Of a DNA stretch of 64,000 nucleotides, positions 59,109 to 64,000 are shown one piece after another. Position 1 is the stretch's first letter; every line of letters begins with the position of its first letter. A model generated the notes under the pieces. The model made no database searches. It had not been told where the DNA came from and saw only the letters and a program-made list of their open reading frames with translations. The stretch is taken from the NCBI GenBank assembly GCA_000146465.1, contig CP001950.1; one strand, given 5' to 3'. A program made the position numbers and the translations under genes.

Positions 59109-59435
59109 TTAGGGGATTCTGTTTTGATGTTTTATAGTTTTATTTTTGGCGGGGACATTCCCTCCAATCTAATTATCTATTCTAAACATTCTAATTTGTA
59201 AGTTCTGGACCTTTTTTTTGGAAGGTACTTACTTTGGACAGCGAAAAAGATGCACAGTCCCTCCTAAAGAGATGAATCTGCCATATTTGTACTGAGAGGA
59301 GCTGTGATAATAATTAAATACGTCTTTTTGGACCAGCCTTGTTTCTATAGCCTGGATTTCTTGCAAGAAGGCATTTGGCGCGAAAATCTCCCGGCAAATA
59401 AAATTATAAATATACACTGGAGATGAAGGACAGAA
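59109..59435. promoter_or_regulatory. Bidirectional histone H4/H3 promoter with TATA-like boxes (ACTATAAAAC about 25 nt before H4 ATG; TTATAAATATA 59404-59414 before H3 ATG) and E2F-like GC boxes (TTTTTGGCGGGG 59144-59155; TTTGGCGCGAAAA 59374-59386)
   Basis: Motifs read directly. TTTGGCGCGAAA equals the textbook E2F consensus. Each GC box lies about 45-50 nt and each TATA about 20-25 nt upstream of its ATG, in near mirror symmetry. Confidence 0.45.
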
Positions 59436-59858
59436 ATGTCAAGAACAAAACAGACAGCTTCAAAAGCACTTGGAGGAAAGGCTCCCAGAAAGGGCATGTC
59501 GATGAAGTCGGTCCCGTCGTCTGGATCTTCATCTGCCGTGCCTAAGGGGACGAGGTTCAAGGCTGGAGCTCTTGCCCTGAAGGAGATAAGAAAATACCAG
59601 AAGAGTACAGATCTGCTTATAAGGAAGAGGCCGTTCCAGAGGATGGTCCGGGAGTTATGCAAGAGCGGAGAAGGCATAAGATTCCAGGCTTCTGCAATTG
59701 TTGCCTTCCAGGAGGCTGTTGAAAATTTCCTTACAAATCTTGTGGAAGATGCCTATAGATGTGTTCTACATGCCAAAAGAGTTACTCTGATGCCGAAGGA
59801 TATTTGTCTTGTGTATAAGATAAAGTATGCGAACATTTTGTATGCAGCCCTTGACTGA
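59436..59858 (+). CDS. Histone H3 (divergent)
   Basis: MSRTKQTASKALGGKAPRK...LIRKRPFQRMVRE...RFQASAIVAFQEAVENFLTNLVEDAYRCVLHAKRVTLMPKDI follows H3 (ARTKQTARKSTGGKAPRK...LIRKLPFQRLVRE...HAKRVTIMPKDI). ATG confirmed. Confidence 0.85.
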   Translation: MSRTKQTASKALGGKAPRKGMSMKSVPSSGSSSAVPKGTRFKAGALALKEIRKYQKSTDLLIRKRPFQRMVRELCKSGEGIRFQASAIVAFQEAVENFLTNLVEDAYRCVLHAKRVTLMPKDICLVYKIKYANILYAALD

Positions 59859-59938
59859 AATAAAGTATTTTTATTCTTCTTGATTATAGGAATCTTTATG
59901 AACGGGAACGGAATATTTGGAGCGCACTGCCCCCCTCC

Positions 59939-60595
59939 ATGGGGGATGTTGTTTACATAGTCCATAGACAGCTTGAAAGAATACCAACCATTCCAGAGCA
60001 TGCGAGAACAGTTGACCTCCGCCGGAACAACATATCGGTTATGGCTTTGAACAAGGCAGAGTCTGTCGAGTATCTTGATCTATCAGACAACAGAATAAAG
60101 GTGATTTCCGACCTTGAAAATGTTCCGAATCTAAAGGTGTTGGATCTAAGCTACAACCTAATCACAGAAATTTCCATTCCCCGCATGGGTCTCTCGGAGC
60201 TGTATCTGATTTCTAATGACATTTCGACGATCCATGGGCTAGATCTTCCCTGCATCAAGAAGCTAGACATGGCCGTAAACGACATCTGTCAGATTGAAAA
60301 CCTCGAGAATTGTGCAACTCTAGAAGAGCTCTACCTCGGAAGCAACAGAATAAGAACAGTAGAAGGACTGTCCGAGCTCAAAGATTTGAAGGTATTGGAT
60401 CTTCAAAACAATGAACTTGAAGTGGTAGATTGCTCGGCAGTACCTTGTAATGTTGAAGTTCTTCTTCTTGGAGAGAACAGAAACCTTCAAATGATTGAGA
60501 ATCTCGAGTCATTAAAGAATCTCCGGATTCTGGGGCTGGAGAAGACAAGAGTGCCTTCTGATCTATTTGAGGGGTGTTTTACTGTTTGGCGCTAA
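59939..60595 (+). CDS. SDS22-like LRR protein (PP1 regulatory subunit type, 22-residue LRRs)
   Basis: LDLSDNRIKVISDLENVPNLKVLDLSYNLITEIS...LYLGSNRIRTVEGLSELKDLKVLDLQNNEL is the SDS22-type LRR periodicity. ATG confirmed. Confidence 0.55.
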   Translation: MGDVVYIVHRQLERIPTIPEHARTVDLRRNNISVMALNKAESVEYLDLSDNRIKVISDLENVPNLKVLDLSYNLITEISIPRMGLSELYLISNDISTIHGLDLPCIKKLDMAVNDICQIENLENCATLEELYLGSNRIRTVEGLSELKDLKVLDLQNNELEVVDCSAVPCNVEVLLLGENRNLQMIENLESLKNLRILGLEKTRVPSDLFEGCFTVWR

Positions 60596-60824
60596 CTCTT
60601 GCGAGCCCTCAATTGGTAGGACTTGATTCTTCAACACATAGGCCATTGGATAAGGATACTGACAAAACATTACCCATGGAGGAATGCTTTGAAAAAGAAA
60701 ACAAGAAAGGATGGATTAGCATCCAGGATTCAATGAAAAGATCTAACGACTTTTGGCTCAAGGATGACGATGCAACCTCCTATCTGAACAGGTTTGTTGT
60801 GTAGCCAAGGAATTGGTAATTAAA

Positions 60825-61235
60825 ATGGTTTTCTATGAAGCATTCTTTGAGTACTTTTCCAATCTATCCTCCGATAAAGAAATTTTCCATCCAGAACTAT
60901 CCCATATGATTGGAGGCCGATCAATCCTGAAGTTTCCATTTGTTGGTATTAGAAAAGGTATTTCGGGGAATGCAGTTCCCGGACTTGCATTGTCAATGGC
61001 TGTCCTTAAGCCCATTAGTGTTGTGATGCCCAAGGTCCTCACAGATAACCTCTACAAGGGTGCAATGGCGCTTGCTACTCGCCCGTTTTGTGTTGGAGAC
61101 AAAATTAAAATCGACAAATATGATGGACTTGTGAGGGACATAAGCTTTTGGTATGTGACGCTGGAGAGAGGAAAAGGCTATGTGTTCATACCCATGTCCC
61201 ATGTATATAATACTGTTGTTGAGCTGTTCAAATAG
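60825..61235 (+). CDS. Truncated MscS-like mechanosensitive channel protein (one pore-type TM plus beta-domain only, about 136 aa)
   Basis: GLALSMAVLKPISVVMPKVLTDNLYKGAMALATRPFCVGDKIKIDKYDGLVRDISFWYVTLERGKGYVFIPMSHVYNTVV matches the bacterial MscS TM3 and beta-domain signature (RPFxVGDxIxIxGxxGxVxxIxLRxTxIRxxDGxxVxIPNSxL). Track start 60813 is TTG; the ATG is at about 60825, with a stop at 60765-67 in frame upstream. Confidence 0.6.
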   Translation: MVFYEAFFEYFSNLSSDKEIFHPELSHMIGGRSILKFPFVGIRKGISGNAVPGLALSMAVLKPISVVMPKVLTDNLYKGAMALATRPFCVGDKIKIDKYDGLVRDISFWYVTLERGKGYVFIPMSHVYNTVVELFK

Positions 61236-61297
61236 CTTCAATGATGCTTAAGATGCAAAGCTATCCAGATGGAAACAGGCATCATAATAAATAAGGT

Positions 61298-62824
61298 TTA
61301 TTCTCTTGTTCTTTCTCTGGGCTTGCACTTGACAATTGCATCGCACTTGATTATCATTTGTGCAGCCTCCGATGCAGCAGTAACAACACGATGCTTGATT
61401 CTAAAGCTGTCCACAACCCCAGACTCCTTCATACAACCAACACTTCCGCTACGGACATTTACTCCATAGCTTGTCTTACCAGAGTTGTGCTCGGCCCTCA
61501 GACTTGCCCTTATGCCTTCTCCATCATATCCTCCGTTGTCCGCGAGTATCTTTGGAATTTGCTGCAAAGCATTTGAAAATGCTAAAATGGCTTCACTTTC
61601 AATCCCAGGAACCTCCATGGCATAAGTGTTTAGGTCGACTGCCATTGCCATCTCACTGGACCCTCCTCCATAGACAACACGCGGATCCTGCTTTATCTTC
61701 GACAGAACACATAGTGCATCATGAACACTTCTTTCTGCCTCGTCCAGCATCTCTTTCGATGATCCACACAGGACAATGGTGCTTGCTCCACTCTTCACCC
61801 CGCTAAACTTTATTGCTCTTTCGTTTCCAATGTAAACATTCTTGACATTCTTGCAGGTCCCATAGCATGTTTCATCCATGCTGTCGAACGTACTCAGTAT
61901 CTTTCCTCCAAGCACATTGGAGAGTCTTTCAACCCCATCAAAGTCTGCATGTTCAATGGCTTGGATTCCCTTTATCTTCAGGAGCTGGAGAGGATAATCG
62001 TATATAAGCTGTCTATTAATAAACATATTTATCCCGTTCTGGGAAATCCGCTCCACCTTTTCTTGAATCTTTCCCTTCTCCACCTTCTCCATCTCCTCAA
62101 GCTCCCCCACAGAGCTGACATTGATCTTAGCCCCAAATATCTTAATTTTGTCTTGATCCATGCTGGTGTTGGCTATCAGGATCTTTGGATCGTTCACCTC
62201 CTCTATTCGGACGTCTTTCTTTAGAAGAAACCCATCGTCGAGATATGAGTCCTCGAGCTTCCCAGAACACTTGATCACCTGTACAAGATTCAAGTCGTTC
62301 CTACCCCCAAGGTTCTCAATAGCATTGACACAGATGTTGCAGAACTTCTCCAGATCATACTTCAGAACCTTCGAGCACAGTGTTGTCCTGGCAAGCTTGA
62401 CCAGATCCTCTTTCGATGGGTTGAAGCTAATTCTCTTCAGCACTTCAGAACACCTAGCCTGTGCCATTCTATATCCCTTAAGGATCTTCGTTGGATGCAT
62501 CTCCAGCTTGCTGGCCTCCTTGACAAGTAGACTTGCCAAAATTGCAACAGAAGTCGTCCCATCTCCTTCCTCCCAGTCCTGTCCAGTGCTGGAGTTGATC
62601 AATATCCTTGCAGACGGGCTGTCGATCATCAGGTTCTTGAGAATAAATGCCCCGTCGTTGGTAACATGGACGCTTTGTCCCTTCAGCATCTTAAGCATCC
62701 CCTTTGGTCCAAGGGTTGTCTTCAGTATGTCTCCCACAATATCCGTCCCTGCAAGAATCGTTCTCTTTGCATCATCGCCTTTTTCCTCGGTGGTTCCCAG
62801 ATTTGCATGGCTGAAGATGTTCAT
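61298..62824 (-). CDS. CCT/TCP-1 chaperonin subunit (group II chaperonin), possibly alpha
   Basis: LGPKGMLKML, TNDGAFILK, QDWEEGDGTTSV, GGG..E. Track start 62950 is TTG; the first ATG (MNIFSHANL) is at about 62824. Confidence 0.85.
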   Translation of the reverse strand: MNIFSHANLGTTEEKGDDAKRTILAGTDIVGDILKTTLGPKGMLKMLKGQSVHVTNDGAFILKNLMIDSPSARILINSSTGQDWEEGDGTTSVAILASLLVKEASKLEMHPTKILKGYRMAQARCSEVLKRISFNPSKEDLVKLARTTLCSKVLKYDLEKFCNICVNAIENLGGRNDLNLVQVIKCSGKLEDSYLDDGFLLKKDVRIEEVNDPKILIANTSMDQDKIKIFGAKINVSSVGELEEMEKVEKGKIQEKVERISQNGINMFINRQLIYDYPLQLLKIKGIQAIEHADFDGVERLSNVLGGKILSTFDSMDETCYGTCKNVKNVYIGNERAIKFSGVKSGASTIVLCGSSKEMLDEAERSVHDALCVLSKIKQDPRVVYGGGSSEMAMAVDLNTYAMEVPGIESEAILAFSNALQQIPKILADNGGYDGEGIRASLRAEHNSGKTSYGVNVRSGSVGCMKESGVVDSFRIKHRVVTAASEAAQMIIKCDAIVKCKPRERTRE

Positions 62825-62857
62825 CTGGGGTGAAAATTTTGTTCTTCTTGTAAACCC

Positions 62858-64000
62858 ATGAACGAAGAACTTCCTGTGGCTCCACTTGTTATGAAGCCCA
62901 CAAGAATATACAACTATACTCAGCTGATAGCGTGTCTGAAGGCGAAGCAACAGAAACTGTCAAGATACAAGGCTTCAATACCGCCTAGTCCCTTCAAAGG
63001 TATCCTTGGGCCCAAGCAATGCCAATTTGATGTTGAGGACATAGTTAATGGGTTTCTGCATGAAAAGCTTAGGGCCAGGCAAAGGGAACATGAGAAGTCT
63101 ATGGACAAGATGTTTTCCCAATGTGTCAGGAGACATATTAAGGAGCTGAAGAGGGAAAACGATCTTTTTGTGGTTGGGAACAGCAAGATTGGAGGGAGGA
63201 TCAAGGCTTTGGAAGATGTGTTTGACAAGGATTTTGAAGACAAAGAGGGGGCCAATATCGCTGAAATGGAAGGGAAGGGCAAGTTCTTTGACGATGCTTT
63301 CCTTCTTGACATGTATATGTTTCTTAAGAGACTGAAACCTTCGGACTCCTTTGATCAAGAGATTAAGTTTCTTGGAGATGAATACTTGAGATATGTGGAG
63401 AGGTTTCTAAAGGAGAATGCAGACAAGATTAAAGAGCCACTTTGGGGGGAAGAAGACAAGATTTCTGTTTTTACCAAGCTTCGATATAGCAAGGAGGAAT
63501 ATGGCCTCGAAGTGTATGAGGGGAGATATATGTTTGCAGAGCTCTACACTCTTTTTAGATGTGGACTCTTGGATTCTGCAAAGGGACTTCTTGAGCGATT
63601 CCATGTTTTTTTTGAGCACATTTCACACAGATTCAAAACAAGCTTTGGTAGTTGGATTACCACAAGAACAAAACCGGCAGTTCCTGTCAAGATAGGGGGT
63701 TCTGACGACCTTTTCAAGGCGTTTCTTCTCGGATTGATGGATGAAAAAAGCAGAAGGATGGATGAAAGGATTATTGGCAGCATTGAGGATTTTGTGTGGA
63801 TGAATCTGATCTCGATTAACGAAGGGAGATCTGCCTCTGAGATTTTGAAGATGTTTAGGAACTACCAGAATCCAAAGGGCCTTTTCCTTGCATATGTGAT
63901 GCTTAAGGACTATGATAAAGCAATGAGCTTGATGTTCAAGGGAGACTTCTCTATAATTCCATCTTATTTCATAATGAAAGCCCTCTGTCCTCGATGCAAG
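62858..64000 (+). CDS. Hypothetical protein, partial (runs off the window end); helical; nucleoporin Nic96/Nup93-like is a weak guess
   Basis: Open frame from ATG at about 62858 (alternatives 62891 and 63101) to 64000 without a stop, translated by hand (…MDKMFSQCVRRHIKELKREN…FAELYTLFRCGLLDSAKGLLERF…). Absent from the ORF track because no stop lies in the window. Confidence 0.4.
   Translation, partial: MNEELPVAPLVMKPTRIYNYTQLIACLKAKQQKLSRYKASIPPSPFKGILGPKQCQFDVEDIVNGFLHEKLRARQREHEKSMDKMFSQCVRRHIKELKRENDLFVVGNSKIGGRIKALEDVFDKDFEDKEGANIAEMEGKGKFFDDAFLLDMYMFLKRLKPSDSFDQEIKFLGDEYLRYVERFLKENADKIKEPLWGEEDKISVFTKLRYSKEEYGLEVYEGRYMFAELYTLFRCGLLDSAKGLLERFHVFFEHISHRFKTSFGSWITTRTKPAVPVKIGGSDDLFKAFLLGLMDEKSRRMDERIIGSIEDFVWMNLISINEGRSASEILKMFRNYQNPKGLFLAYVMLKDYDKAMSLMFKGDFSIIPSYFIMKALCPRCK

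Noticed and set aside
60574-60804. Track ORF (+, 76 aa) upstream of the MscS-like gene
   Set aside because: It overlaps the C-terminal codons of the SDS22-like gene in another frame and has no recognisable similarity. It was tested as a possible missing N-terminus of MscS, but it is in a different frame and not hydrophobic.
1-64000. Prokaryotic-style defence or CRISPR systems and operons
   Set aside because: Gene content (histones, TERT, Sec61, CCT, Pol delta, spliceosomal helicase, spliceosomal introns) is unambiguously eukaryotic. No repeat-spacer arrays or Shine-Dalgarno-led operons are present.

Overview
This window reads as a very compact, moderately AT-rich eukaryotic chromosome segment of microsporidian (fungal-lineage) type. 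It carries about 50 protein genes in 64 kb. Most intergenic spacers are 5-150 nt, and several convergent stop codons lie only 5-23 nt apart. I found no transposons, CRISPR arrays or prokaryotic signatures. The genes are mainly eukaryotic housekeeping functions: translation (eIF5B, Sec61 alpha, Kae1, Nob1, Esf1, RPL39), replication and chromatin (DNA pol delta, a divergently paired histone H3/H4, Bre1 RING E3, Cdc6/Orc1-like AAA+, TERT, SNF2/Rad26-like), transcription and RNA processing (TAF2-like, RPC82, mRNA capping guanylyltransferase, DEAH helicase, Mpe1/RBBP6), trafficking and signalling (Rab6-like, DHHC palmitoyltransferase, GWT1, RhoGAP, SCY1-like), a CCT chaperonin subunit, a proteasome alpha subunit and four leucine-rich-repeat proteins. 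The supplied ORF track uses TTG/GTG/CTG starts, so many listed N-termini are artefacts; I re-set starts to the first in-frame ATG by reading the sequence, and my hand-counted coordinates may be off by 1-2 nt in places. The most interesting features are not in the ORF track. (1) Two very short (31-33 nt) 5'-proximal spliceosomal introns with matching architecture restore canonical N-termini of Sec61 alpha and of a hidden 52-aa RPL39 gene. (2) A 5S rRNA gene with a T5 terminator sits 28 nt upstream of the capping-enzyme start codon. (3) A truncated bacterial-type MscS-like channel gene (one TM plus beta-domain) is a possible horizontal transfer. (4) A head-to-head pair of paralogous LRR genes carries Cys-rich C-terminal domains. 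(5) The bidirectional histone promoter has a near-symmetric arrangement of E2F-like GC boxes and TATA elements. A 1.08-kb ORF-free stretch with a GC-rich hairpin and recurrent C-rich motifs just upstream of start codons are also noted.
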